DNA of 64,000 nt from Anaeramoeba ignava BMAN (lineage: Eukaryota; Protista; Anaeramoebae): the NCBI GenBank assembly GCA_028826165.1, contig JAPDFW010000063.1, forward strand, positions 806,001 through 870,000, in the 5' to 3' direction. Made by a program: the position numbers and the translations under genes. Below, piece by piece: positions 21,422-34,400 of this stretch (the stretch's first letter is position 1; every line of letters begins with the position of its first letter). The notes beneath the pieces are model-generated. The model did not search any database. It was given only the letters and a program-made list of their open reading frames with translations, and was not told the origin of the DNA.

Positions 21422-24009
21422 ATGGAGGATTGGGATTTTGATTTTCAAACTGATGAAATTCAAACTGATATTCTTGCAAATTCACTTCAAGATTATCGAA
21501 AAGATTTACAAACATTTTTTGTGAATACTTTTGATAAAATTGAAATTACTTCAGGAATAAAAAAAAAAATTAAAGATAAAGTTTTAGATTTTTTTAAAGA
21601 TCCAAAAAGCAATATAAGTTTAAAAACCAAAGCATATATTCAAAAACAGAAAACAATTTTACGAAATATTTTAAAAAAACAACAACAAGTAAATTTATTA
21701 ATACGTTAAAAAAAATTTCAATTAAAAAAATTTCAATTAAAAAATTTCAATTAAAAAAATTTCAATTAAAAAAATTTCAATTAAAAAATTTCAATAAAAA
21801 AAATTTCTTTTAGAGAATCACTCAACCAATTTTTGTCCGATTTGTTGATAAAATCGTCTTTGCCGTCAGTGTTTTTTGTTTTTTAATTTCAGAGTTTTTA
21901 TTCTTTCAAAATCCAAATATATTTCATTTATGGTATACTGGTTGGATTTTTTTTTTGATGTTCATTCGTTATATCCTTTATAAAAGAGCTAAATTTCAAT
22001 ATTTTATGCTTGATTTTTGTTGTAATTTTTTTTAGATTTTTTTCCCACTTTTATTATAATTTTTAAAATTTATATCAAAATTAAAATTGAAATTAAAATT
22101 AAAATCAAAATTAAAATTAAAATTATAATTAAAATTAAATTAAAATTAAAATTAAAATTAAAATTAAAATTAAAATTAAAATTAAAATTTAAAATTAAAA
22201 TTAAAATTAAAATTAAAATTAAAATTAATATTAAAATTAAAATTAAAATTATAATTAAAATTAATATTAAAATTAATATTAAAATTAAAATAAAAATTAA
22301 AATTAAAATCAAATTTAAATTTTATAATAGATTTCACGCATATCTTGTTAATATTTTTCCTTTATTTTTATCGAGATTCCCCATTTTTATTTTTATTAAT
22401 ATTTACATTAAGGTAAAGAAAATAATTTCGAAAAAATTGAAACAAAAAAATTGATAAAAAAAAATCTGTTAAAATAAATAAAATAAAGTAATGGACCAGT
22501 TTTAGGAGGAATACCATTATGGAGAAATTCACTTGTGTTTCATGATCTTGATAAAATGACAAGTTTATTTCTTCATTCATTTCCAGGATTAGTTACTTAT
22601 ATAATTAGATGGAAAAATATAAAAGGATTTGATGCTATTTGTATTAATGAGGATTGTAAATTAAGTTTTTTCCAGGTTTTAACACTTCCTTTAATAATAT
22701 ACTCAGTTTGGCAGATTCTTTATTTATTAAAAACAGAATTTACTGGTAAAACATCCTATATTAAAAATTAAAATTAAAATCAAAATTCAAATTAAAATCA
22801 AAATTAAAATTCATATTAAAATTAAAATGAAAATTAATATTGAAATTAAAATTAAAATTCATTTTAAAATTAAAATGAAAATTAATATTGAAATTAAAAT
22901 TAAAATTAAAATTAAAATTAATATTGAAATTAAAATTAAAATTAAAATTAAAATTAATATTGAAATTAAAATTAAAATTAAAATTAAAATTAAAATTAAA
23001 ATTAAAATTAAAATTAAAATTAAAATTAAAATTAAAATTAAAATTAAAATTAAAATTAAAATTAAAATTAAAATTAAAATTAAAATTAAAATTAATTTAT
23101 AAAATTAAAATTAAAATTAAAATTAAAATTAAAATTAAAATCAAAATGAAAATTAATATTGAAATTTAAATTAAAATTAAAATTTAAATTAAAATCAAAA
23201 TTAAAATCAAAATTTAAATTTAAATTTAAATTAAAATTAAAATCAAAATTAAAGATCGAAGAAAATTAGCAGCAGATCCAGATATTCAAACAAGTCTTAG
23301 ATGGTTAGGAAGGACTATGGGAAAAAATCTTTTAAGAAAATTCCCAAAATCTTTACATTTAACAGTATTCGTCTCAATTCAATTATTTTATAGCATTTTT
23401 ACAATCTTAATTACAAAATTATTTTATGAATATCAATCTATTCATCTTTTTGGGTTACTTTCTTGTTTATCTATATCAGTTTGGAATGGTGGAAGTTATT
23501 ATATTGATTATTTAAAAAGAAAAATTGAAGATGCAATGAGACAAAATGAAAAAAATGAAAAAAATGAATCAAATGAAAACCAAAATCAAAACCAAAATCA
23601 AAACCAAAATCAAAACCAAAATCAAAACCAAAATCAAAACCAAAATCAAAACCAAAATCAAAATCAAAACGAAAACCAAAACGAAAATCAAAATCAAAAT
23701 CAAAAAGAAATTGAAAAAGAAATTAAAAAAGAAATTGAAGATCAAATTGAAGATCAAATTGAAAAAATTGAAAAAATTGAAAAAATTGAAAATGAAAATG
23801 AAAAAGAATTAAATGAAATAATCCAAAATTTAAAAAATATTGAAAAAAATACCCAAGAAACAGATTCAAATAATTCAAAAGATTCAAATAATTCAAATAA
23901 TTCAAAAGATTTAAATAATTCAAATGATTCAAATGATTCAAATGATTCAAAAGATTTAAATGATTCAAAAGATTTAAATGATTCAAAAGATTCAAATGAT
24001 TCAAATTGA
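21422..24009 (+). CDS. GPC1: Glycerophosphocholine acyltransferase GPC1/GPCAT (DUF2838). Exons 21422-21688, 21814-22021, 22331-22412, 22489-22745, 23255-24009
   Basis: Spliced product contains YFMLDFCYF, NGP...WRNSLVFHDLDKMTSLFLH, WQILY, WNGGSYYI; all four GT-AG introns keep frame. Confidence 0.88.
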
Positions 24010-24303
24010 TATTAAAATTAAAATTGATATTAAAATTAAAATTGAAATTGATTTAAAAGATTAAAATTTAAATGATTTAAATGATTCAAATGATTCAAAT
24101 TGATATTAAAATTAAAATTAATATTGAAATTAAAATTAAAATTAAAATTAAAATTGAAATTGAAATTCATTTATAAAATTGATTTTGAAATTAAAATTGA
24201 TTTTACTTTTCTTTTCCTATTCAAAAAAAAAATTTTTCAAAAATATTTTTTTTCATTTTTTTTTTTAAATTGTTTTCTTTTCTATTCACTAAATAAATAA
24301 AAA

Positions 24304-26695
24304 ATGGATGAAAAAATTAAAAATGAAATGACAAAAATGTATTAAAAAAAAATAATAAAAAGAAATTAAAAAAAAATTTATTAAATTAAAAAAATAAAAA
24401 GAATGAAATTAAATCAAGCAGATGGAGTTATAATGACTGATAAAAACGGACTTTGTTTAGCTAGAAGTGGATATTTTGAATCTGATAATCTTTCTGGTTT
24501 TATTCATTCAATTTCTCAACATTCAGCTGAATTAGAAAATTTACATTTTTCTAAATCAAAAAATAATCAAAATAAACAAGAAATGGTTTTTTTAACTGAT
24601 AATTTTCAAAATGAAGATTTTTTGGAAAATGAAACTTCTTTTATAACTTGTATTGAAACAAATACAAGGTTTTTTATCAAAAAAAACAAACAAAATTATT
24701 ATTAATTTATTAATATTATTTTATTATTTATAACTTGTATTGAAACAAATACAAGGTTTTTTATCAAAAAAAACAAACAAAATTATTATTAATTTATTAA
24801 TTTTATTTTATTATTTATAACTTGTATTAAAATAAATACAAGGTTTTTTATCAAAAAAAACAAACAAAATTAATATTATATTATTAATTTTATTTTATTA
24901 TTTATAACTTGTATTGAAATAAATACAAGGTTTTTTATCAAAAAAATCAAACAAAATTGTTATTATTTTATTAATATTATTTTATTATTAAAATAAATAC
25001 AAGGTTTTTATCAAAAAAAACAAACAAAATTATTATTAATTTATTAATATTATTTTATTATTTATAACTTGTATTGAAACAAATACAAAGTTTTTTATCA
25101 AAAAAAACAAACAAAATTAATATTATTTTATTAATTTTATTTTAATATTTATAACTTGTATTGAAATAAATACAAGGTTTTTTATCAAAAAAAACAAACA
25201 AAATTAATATTATTTTATTAATATTATTTTAATATTTATAACTTGTATTAAAATAAATACAAGGTTTTTTTATCAAAAAAACAAACAAAATTATTATTAA
25301 TTTATTAATATTATTTTATTATTTATAACTTGTATTGAAATAAATACAAGGTTTTTTATCAAAAAAAACAAACAAAATTAATATTAATTTATTAATATTA
25401 TTTTATTATTTATAACTTGTATTGAAATAAATACAAGGTTTTTTATCAAAAAAAACAAACAAAATTATTATTAATTTATTAATTTTATTTTATTATTTAT
25501 AACTTGTATTGAAATAAATACAAGGTTTTTTATCAAAAAAACAAACAAAATTATTATTATTTTATTAATTTTATTTTATTATTTATAACTTGTATTGAAA
25601 TAAATACAAAGTTTTTTATCAAAAAAAACAAACAAAATTAATATTATTTTATTAATTTTATTTTATTATTTATAACTTGTATTAAAATAAATACAAGGTT
25701 TTTTATCAAAAAAAACAAACAAAATTATTATTATTTTATTAATATTATTTTATTATTTATAACTTGTATTAAAATAAATACAAGGTTTTTTATCAAAAAA
25801 ACAAACAAAATTATTATTATTTTATTAATATTATTTTATTATTTATAACTTGTATTGAAATAAATACAAAGTTTTTATCAAAAAAACAAAAATTATTTTA
25901 AATTTTATTTTATTATTTATAACTTGTATTAAAACAAATACAAGGTTTTTATCAAAAACAAACAAAATTATTATTATTTTATTAATTTTATTTTATTATT
26001 TATAACTTGTATTAAAATAAATACAAAGTTTTTTTTATATCAAAAATATTATTTTATTAAAACAAAATTACAAAATCAAAAACAAATTTATTATTTTATT
26101 ATTTTATTTTATTTATAACTTGTATTAAAATAAATACAAGGTTTTTTATCAAAAAAACAAACAAAATTATTATTAATTTTATTAATATTATTTTATTATT
26201 TATAACTTGTATTGAAATAAATACAAAGTTTTTTTATCAAGAAAAAACAAACAAAATTATTATAAATTTATTAATTTTATTTTATTATTTATAACTTGTA
26301 TTAAAATAAATACAAGGTTTTTTATCAAAAAAAACAAACAAAATTAATATTAATTTTATTAATATTATTTTAATATTTATAACTTGTATTGAAATAAATA
26401 CAAAGTTTTTTATCAAAAAAAACAAACAAAATTAATATTATTTTATTAATATTATTTTATTATTTATAACTTGTATTGAAATAAATACAAAGTTTTTTAT
26501 CAAAAAAAACAAACAAAATTATTATTATTTTATTAATTTTATTTTATTATTTATAACTTGTATTGAAATAAATACAAGGTTTTTTATCAAAAAAAACAAA
26601 CAAAATTATTATTAATTTATTAATTTTATTTTAATAGGAAAATTTTTATAAATCAACAAGATAAAGGAACTATCGCTTTCTCAAAAAAAAATTAA
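24304..26695 (+). CDS. LAMTOR5: Ragulator subunit LAMTOR5/HBXIP. Exons 24304-24338, 24402-24668, 26638-26695
   Basis: MDEKIKNEMTKIMKLNQADGVIMTDKNGLCLARSG...ITCIETNTRKIFINQQDKGTIAFSKKN matches the LAMTOR5 roadblock pattern. Confidence 0.85.
24640..26630 (+). repeat. ~87-bp tandem repeat, about 23 copies, forming LAMTOR5 intron 2; unit = exon end + donor + intron body
   Basis: Unit TTTATAACTTGTATTGAAAYAAATACAAG|GTTTTTTATCAAAAAAAACAAACAAAATT...; the first copy overlaps the coding exon. Confidence 0.95.
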
Positions 26696-26777
26696 TCAAA
26701 AAAAAATTAATCAAAAAAATTAATAAAAAATTTTGAAATTTTGAATTTTGAATTTTTCATTTTTTTTCTTTCTTTAA

Positions 26778-29700
26778 ATGGAAATTGATTCAATAATAAA
26801 TAAAATTGAAAATTTAATTTGGAAAAAATCTTCTAATTATGATTTATTGAATCAAATTAAAAATTTTTTAAAAATAATTGATCCTAATTTAAAGTAAAAA
26901 AAAAATAAAAAATAATAAATTTAAAAAATTTAAAAATTAATTTGAAAAAAAAAAGTAATAAAAATGAAAATGAAATTTATCAAAAATTCCTTTCAATTTG
27001 TACAAAATTCCAAATAATACCAAATTTCATTTCTTTTGAGAAAATTTTTGAAGATTCAATTTATAAAACAACTTTAATCACTTCAATGAAGAAAATTTAT
27101 GAAGAAAATTTTAAAGAGGAAAAAAATATCAATTCATTTGTGAAAAATTTTTTCGCAATTTCAAATCCAAATTTCGAAATTTTATTACATTCACAAGATA
27201 AGCAAATTTATCCAGCAATTTTACAACTTCGACCAGAAAAATTTCATTTGATTTATCAAGACAAAATATTTACTTTTATGTTTGGAAATTCTCAATTCAA
27301 AATGATTGAATCTTTGGATATTGAAAACATCGCAACTCTTGAAAATCAAGAAGAAAAACAAAATATTTTCACATTTCAATTCAAAAACAAACTGGAAAAA
27401 GAAGTTGTGATGAAAACATTTGAAATGTTTAGTTGGTATTATAAAATTGAAGTGGAGGAGCATGAAATTAATACCAAAATTTTGGGAGAAAATGATGAAA
27501 TTGAAGCCTTACTTCTTCGCTGTTTAAATAAAGGAAATTTAAAATTTTAAACCAGATATTCTCTTCAATTCGCAAACAGAACTTGAAAATAAACCCATTT
27601 CTGTAAATCTCAAATTGGATCATTCCGATCTTTATATTGAATCAAGTGTTTTGAGTTGGGAAAAAAATTTCTTCTTTTTCAAATTGGTTGAAAATAAACC
27701 GATTGTCAAAATGGAATTTGTGCCGATAAAATCTCAAAACATCAAAGAAAATCTCAAAAACATTTCATTTTATTGCGATTCACAAATTCGCGCTCAATTT
27801 CTTTATCAAAGTTTTGTTTCTTTTTACAATCAAACAATGTATATTCCTGAGAAATCAATTTGGAATTTGTTAGTTCAAGAAAAAATTGTATCGTTAATAC
27901 CTCAAATTCAGACCAATTTCCCTTCCCAATTTGTTCGAATGGATGATATTCTTGATATTCATAAAATTTCTTCTTCTCAAAAAAAAATGGAAGATCAACA
28001 TCATATGCTAACTGAACTAGCAAAAATAAGCTTCCCCAAAACTAATGATTTTTATGATTATATTCAAACACATATTTCTGTAGATTTTCATCTGCGGGAC
28101 TTGACACCAACAGTGTTTCAAACCAAAAGCAGGTTTGAATTTGTGGATATTCCATTTGCCAATAAAGATTATGCAAAAAAATTGGAAAAAATGGAAAATA
28201 AATTCAAAATCATCACCAAAGATGAAAAAGCGAAATTTGTAGTTTTGGATGCGCATAATCCCGTATCAAAATTTATGCTTGAAATGAATTCAACATTTGT
28301 GACACTTTCGAAGTTAAATCAAAATCAAAATCAAAATCAAAATCAAAATCAAAATCAAATTCCAATTCCAAAATTTCTCAATATAAAAAAGGATTATTAT
28401 CAAGTTTCATATTCATCAAATTTCAGAATTTATCTTCATCCCGAAAAACCTGATCTATTTCTTTTTGTTGGAATTGATCCAGAGAATAATCTCCTTTTCA
28501 AGACAAACCACTGGCTTGAACGGGATTTGATTCGATATTCTTTTATGCATTTCAAAACAAATTTTCTTGATGAACAAATTGAAACCAAAAAACCCAAAGA
28601 GGATTTTATATCTTGTCAATTGAAATTTTGCAGGAATCCAAAACATGTCAAAGAAAAATCAGCAAACCAAAATGAGAATCGTGATTGCTTGTTTATTACT
28701 TCACTTTCTGCGCCTTGGAAGTATATTTTTGAAAAGAATCCCGAGATTGAAAATATTTGCAATTTCATTCACAAAGTAGGAAATAAAAGATCAAGTGATT
28801 ATATTTATATCAAGCACAGAGAAACAATGGAAAAAGACAAGAAAAGAACCTTGAATGTTTTGGAGAAATCAAAGTACAAATTTTGTGGACTTGATTCCTT
28901 CGACCAATTTTGTGGTATTGTGAGTATTGCTTTCTACAAAGACCATTTCAAAATCAAAACTCGAAAAGAGGTTCAATTTCGTGAATACTCATTGTATTCA
29001 AAACTCTCATTTGATCCTATTCGCAAAATGATTTGCACATTTCAAATTGACGAGTTTATATTCATTCGAGTGATTTTTCCGGATACGAAAATTCGGAAAA
29101 ATTTCATCTATGATTTCAACAACAGAAAAGAGAAGAAAGTAGGATTTCTTTGTGATTCTTTGGCTGTTTTTGATTGCACTATAAAAACACCCAAAGAATC
29201 GTATTTGGGAAAAATTAAGTTGAAAAATGGGTCGTTTGTAATCAAATCAAGTATTCTATTTGAAGAGTTTGAATACGCTCCTTATCGCAAATTGGAAAAT
29301 ATCGGTGAAAAATTTATCAAGCTTTATCTTGATCCTTGTGTATTTTTGACTGTAATTATCAACAACCACTCGAGATTTCTGATGGAGTTTAAAAACAGAA
29401 CAGAAAGATATTTGTCACAAAGTTTTGGTGTTTCCTCAATTGTTTATAATGCAAAAATCATTCGGGAAAGAAATACTCAAATGGATATCCAAATTTTTTT
29501 ATATCCAGGAAAATTTGCTTTAATTTCAAATTACTTTGCATATGTTTTTAATGATGGGAATCAAATCTCATTGAAAATTGACGATCCAAAAATATTGAAA
29601 ATCACATTTCAATCACAAGCAGAACTCACTATTGAAATGCAAAATACAGAACAAAGACATGATTTCATGATAAATTATCAAAAAAATCGATTTCTTTATC

Positions 29701-30089
29701 TTTCCAAATTTGGATACCACAAATTAGATGCAAAGAAAACCGAATTCAATGTGAGTTTTTTTGAGCAAAAAGTTGATCCAAAACCTGGAAAAATTTTGTT
29801 TCAAAAAGATCAACTTGATGACTATATTTTATTAGTGATTGAAAGTAATAAAAATCCAATCCAAGAAAAGATTTATATTCAAAATATTAATTTGTTCTTG
29901 CATTCTTCTTGTATTTTTGCTTGCAGAATGTGTGTTGAACACTCAGAAAAAGATTATACTCTTGGATTTTCATCTCGAAATGAATTGGGGATTTTTGCAA
30001 ATATTTTTTATAAATTGAAATCATCCAAAAAAATTAATGAATTTATTGATTTTAATTTTGATTTTAATTCTAATTCTAATTTGAACTAA
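26778..30089 (+). CDS. Hypothetical ~1080-aa protein with repeated PH-like modules; intron 26894-26955; one frame break at 27545-27550
   Basis: Exon 1 joins ORF 26942 in frame; removing one T at AAA TTT TAA A joins it to ORF 27615-30089. Repeated ~85-aa beta-rich units end in F-x-(S/N)-x-x-(E/Q)R-x-x-F helices. Confidence 0.6.
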
Positions 30090-30139
30090 AAAAAATAAAT
30101 CCATTTTAATTTTGTATTAATTTTTTTTTTTTTTTTGAT

Positions 30140-31413
30140 CTAATTAAAAAAAGTTGAATAAAATGGTGAATTTTTTGCTAAAATATGAAAAACTGGAAGT
30201 TCAGGAATAACATAATCAGGATTATCAAGAACAGATTTCAAAGTGTCATTTAAAGAAGAAATTTTGATCCATTTTTTTAATTTTTTTGATTTTTTTAATT
30301 TTTTTGATTTTTCAGATTTTTTGAAAGAATTTTGAGACAAAATATTTGAAATATTTGTTTGCCACCAAATTTCAAGATTTGGAATAAGATATCTTTTATT
30401 AACATCCCAAGGAGCAAATAATTCAATTTGGTCATTAATTTGCGGAAACATGACAGAAAGGTGAGCAAAGAAGCTGTGATTTTCGGTTGAAGTCTTGAAT
30501 GAAATCTGTTTGTGAAAATTCGGGATAAATAAATAAAACAGAAAAATGAACTTCATCTTTTTCTTTATCAAAAATATGATTAACTGGATATCGATCTCCA
30601 AAATCATAAACTTTTTCACCTAAACGCCAACCTTTTCTCATGATCAATCTCTGCAAATTCCGCTGTTTTGATGTCGATAAAAACGCCTCTCGATCCTTTT
30701 TTTTCATTGCTTCGTTTTTTTCTTTTAATTTTTCTTCTATTTTTTTTTGTTCTTTTTTTAAAGCGCTAATTTTTGGATCATTTAAATTATTTTGAATTCC
30801 TTTTGAGAGCCAGTCGATTGCATCCTGAAATTTATCGAGAGCAAGAAACGCTTGTGAAATTCGATAATAGATCTTTATATTTTTTGGATTGAGTTGAATA
30901 GATTGTTTAAAGTCTTCAATTGATTTTCTAAAATTTTCAAGTTTAAATTGAACTAATCCTCTATTTGAATAAAGAAACGCGTTCAATTCATTGTCTTCAC
31001 ATTTTTCTTTCAGGCCATCTGTATAAAATTGTATTGCGCTGTGGTAGTTTTTTTTGCCCGAATTAAATAAATCATTTCCTCTTTGTTTAAAATTTTCCTT
31101 TTTTTATTTTATTTTTTATTAGGATTATTTTTATTAATTTCTTTTTTTTTTGTTTTTTTGTGTTTGTTTTTTTGCAAACAGCTCTTTCTTTTGGGGTTCC
31201 TTCATCATAAATCATTGATTGCAATGCAGATAATGTTGGATCTTTGTCCCAATTTTCTGGGAGTTCTGTCATAAAAAGTGGGTGATTTAATTCAATTTCC
31301 TTTGAGTTATCATTTAAATTTTTATCATTTGAATTATTATTTGAATTATCATTTGAATTTTCATTTGAATTTTCATTTGAATTTTCATTTAAATTTTCAT
31401 TTGAATTTTCCAT
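30140..31413 (-). CDS. TTC4: TPR co-chaperone TTC4/Cns1; intron 31179-31098; one extra C at ~30485
   Basis: HPLFMTELPE...ALQSMIYDEGTPKERAENFKQRGND, TPR LYSNRG, wheel domain FSVLFIYPEFSQTDFIQDF(N)ENHSFFAHLSVMFP...APWD...PVFHIL. Confidence 0.9.
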
Positions 31414-31483
31414 TTTAAAAAAAAAAAAATAAATTTTCATTTTTTCATTTTTTTCATTTTTTTCATTTTTCAAATAAATTATA

Positions 31484-34400
31484 ATGAATTTTGATGTTAT
31501 TATTGAAAACTTTGGTTTTTGGACTTTTTCTCTTCAAAATCAAAAAGAAACTTCAAATTCTTTTATTCAAAAAATTCAAAATACATTCAATATTAAACAA
31601 CCTTTATTTATGTTTATATTTGATGATTTTTCAAAAAATTTCTTTTTAATTCCAAAAAATTATCTTTTATTTAATAAATTCAAATCTGGTCAACTTATTC
31701 TTTTATCAACAAAAAACCTTAAAAATTTCCAAATTGAAAAAAATCAAAATCAATTTATAAATGAAAATCAATTTCAAAATCAATTTCAAAATCAATTTCA
31801 AAATCAATTTCAAAATCAAAATCAAAATCAAAATCAAAATCAAAATCAAAATCAATTTCAAAATCAATTTCAAAATCAATTTATAAATGAAAATCAAAAT
31901 CAAAATCAAAATCAATTTCAATTTCAAAATCAAAATCAATTTATAAATGAAAATCAATTTATAAATCAAAATCAATTTATAAATCAATTTCAATTAACAA
32001 TTTACAAAATCAAAACAAATCAAAAAAAAGTCAATCAAACTTCAAACTTAGAAAACTTAGAAAAATCAGAAAATCAAATTAAACTTAAATTTCACTATCT
32101 TATCACAAAAAATTTAAATTTACCTGATGTTAAAATAAATAATGATTCACAAGAATTAATAATAGAAAAAATTGGATCTTATAATTTTTCAACTAAAAAA
32201 CTTAAGGAATTTCAAGAATTTCATAAATTATGTAAATCTTTTCAATTAAAATTTGAAAATATTAAAGGAATCATAACAAAAGCTTCTCATCAACAAAATG
32301 TAGAACCAATTTATTTTATTCCATGTTTTCAATTTGGAGAAGAAAAATACAAAAACAAAGAAAATAATAAACTACAAAAAAATTTAAGTAGAATCAAATC
32401 AATTATCCGAAACAGGACACAAATTTTTAAACAAATTACATGTCAAAAAATGATTAACCAAATATGTAAAAAATATTTGGTGGAAATTTCTGATTTGAAT
32501 TTTTATGGAAAAGAAATTCAGGAATGTCTTTATAATACCAAATCTTCACAAATTCAAAATTTGGGAAAACAAGTTTCAAATAAAGAAAAATTTATAAAAA
32601 GAATCAATAGTAAATATACAGTTTCTGATAAAGAGTTGATTAAATTTAATCAGGTTATCAAGTGTGCATATGAAATTCAAAAACGATTCTCTTTTTATTT
32701 TGTTATTGGAAACTCAAAAAACAATATTTTTTTAAATTCAATTTTTTGGAAGAAAACAAAAGATTCAAATTTTTTAATCAAAAACAGTATGGATAAGCAG
32801 AATATCGAGGAATATTGTAATAAAAACTGGGGAGTTGAAAAATTGAAAAATTCCCAATTATTATTTGTTCTTTCTTCAAATTCCAAAATTTCAATTAGAA
32901 AGAGAGAACTTGAGAGACACATTCTTCAAAATGGAAAAAAAATTCTCATTTCAAAAAAAATCCGAACCCAGCAAAAAATAGTTATGAAGGAATTTGTGAA
33001 AAAATTATCACATCAAATCATTGAAACAACTATAAGCAATTGTGTTTATAAAAAACAAGACGAAATTGCAAATGAAAATATCACAAAAATCTTTGGAGTG
33101 TTTAAAAGAGAAAATCAAGAATTAATTCAGCAAAAACTTCCTTATGAATCAAAATACAAAAAAATGAGAGTATCTGTGTTGGTTCCTTGTCAAATACTTT
33201 CATATGTTTCGTTTCTTTCTTCATTTCGGGAAAGTCTTAAACATTTATACAATTTATTCTATCGATTTTCTCCAAGAATAACAGCAATAACTTATAATAA
33301 ATATTTCAAATATCGATTTGGATACACAATTAAAGAGGATTTGCTTGAAGAAGCACTCCTTCATCCATCCATGTCTTCTGTATTGGTTTTTGAGAAATCA
33401 AACCAAAGATTGGAATTTTTGGGCGATTCTGTTATTGGGTTTCTTTCTTCTTTTCATTTCTTAAAATCATTTCCATATGCAAAAGAAGGAGACTTAACAG
33501 ATAATTTAAAGTTGTTTGTGTCCAATAAAATTCTTATTCATTTCGCAAAGGATATCCAACTTGATTCTTATTTATGCTTTAATTATAAGCAAACAGAACT
33601 TATATCGAATAAAACAGCAAATAATAAAATGCTAGCTGATGGATTTGAAGCTCTTTTTGGCGCTTTATTTTTGTCTCATGGACTTTTTCCTTGCTATGAT
33701 ATTTTTTCAAGAATTGTTATTAGATGCAAATATTTAAAGGAATTTTATCCTGAAGCACTTTTAGAAAGTTGGGAAAATTTAAAATGTGATGAGAAAAAAT
33801 TGGGAATTGATCCAAATTGGAGAATTGATTTAAATTTAAAAAATGATTCATTTTCAAAACATGATTCATTTTCAAAAAATGATTCATTTCCAGAAATTGA
33901 TTCATTTCCAGAAATTGATACATTTCCAGAAACTAATTCATTTTCAGAAACTAATTCATTTTCCAAAATAGATTCAATTTCCAAAATAGATTCAATTTCC
34001 AAAATGGATTCAATTTTGAAAAAAATATTAACTTCAAATTTAAATTCTCATTCAGTTTCAGATTTAATTTTAAACTCATTGTTAGATGACTTTAAAAATT
34101 CTAAATTGGATTTAAATTCAATTTTAAGTTCAATTTCAAAATCATTTTTAGATTATATTTTTAATTCAAATTCAAATTCCAATTCAAAATCAAAATCAAA
34201 TTCAAATTCAAAATCAAAATCAAAATCAAAATCAAAATCAAATTTAGAAAAAATTATTGGAGTTAAATTTGAAAATATTAACATTCTTCGTGAAGCTTTA
34301 ACTCTTCCTGAAAATACGGAAATAAATTACCAAAGACTTGAATTTATTGGAGACTCTTTACTTAAATTTATTATCTCAGTTCATCTTTATAATTCATTTC

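Noticed and set aside
21971-21978. Second ATATCCTT U12-like donor
   Set aside because: It lies inside a GPC1 exon encoding conserved RYILYK…YFMLDFC; the frame is intact without splicing.
24640-26630. CRISPR-like array (regularly spaced hairpin-forming repeat)
   Set aside because: Intervening sequences are near-identical rather than unique spacers, there are no cas genes, and the unit derives from the LAMTOR5 exon/intron junction.
30484-30487. Programmed frameshift or pseudogenisation of TTC4
   Set aside because: A single extra C with no slippery or stop context in an otherwise intact conserved gene; most simply a sequencing indel.
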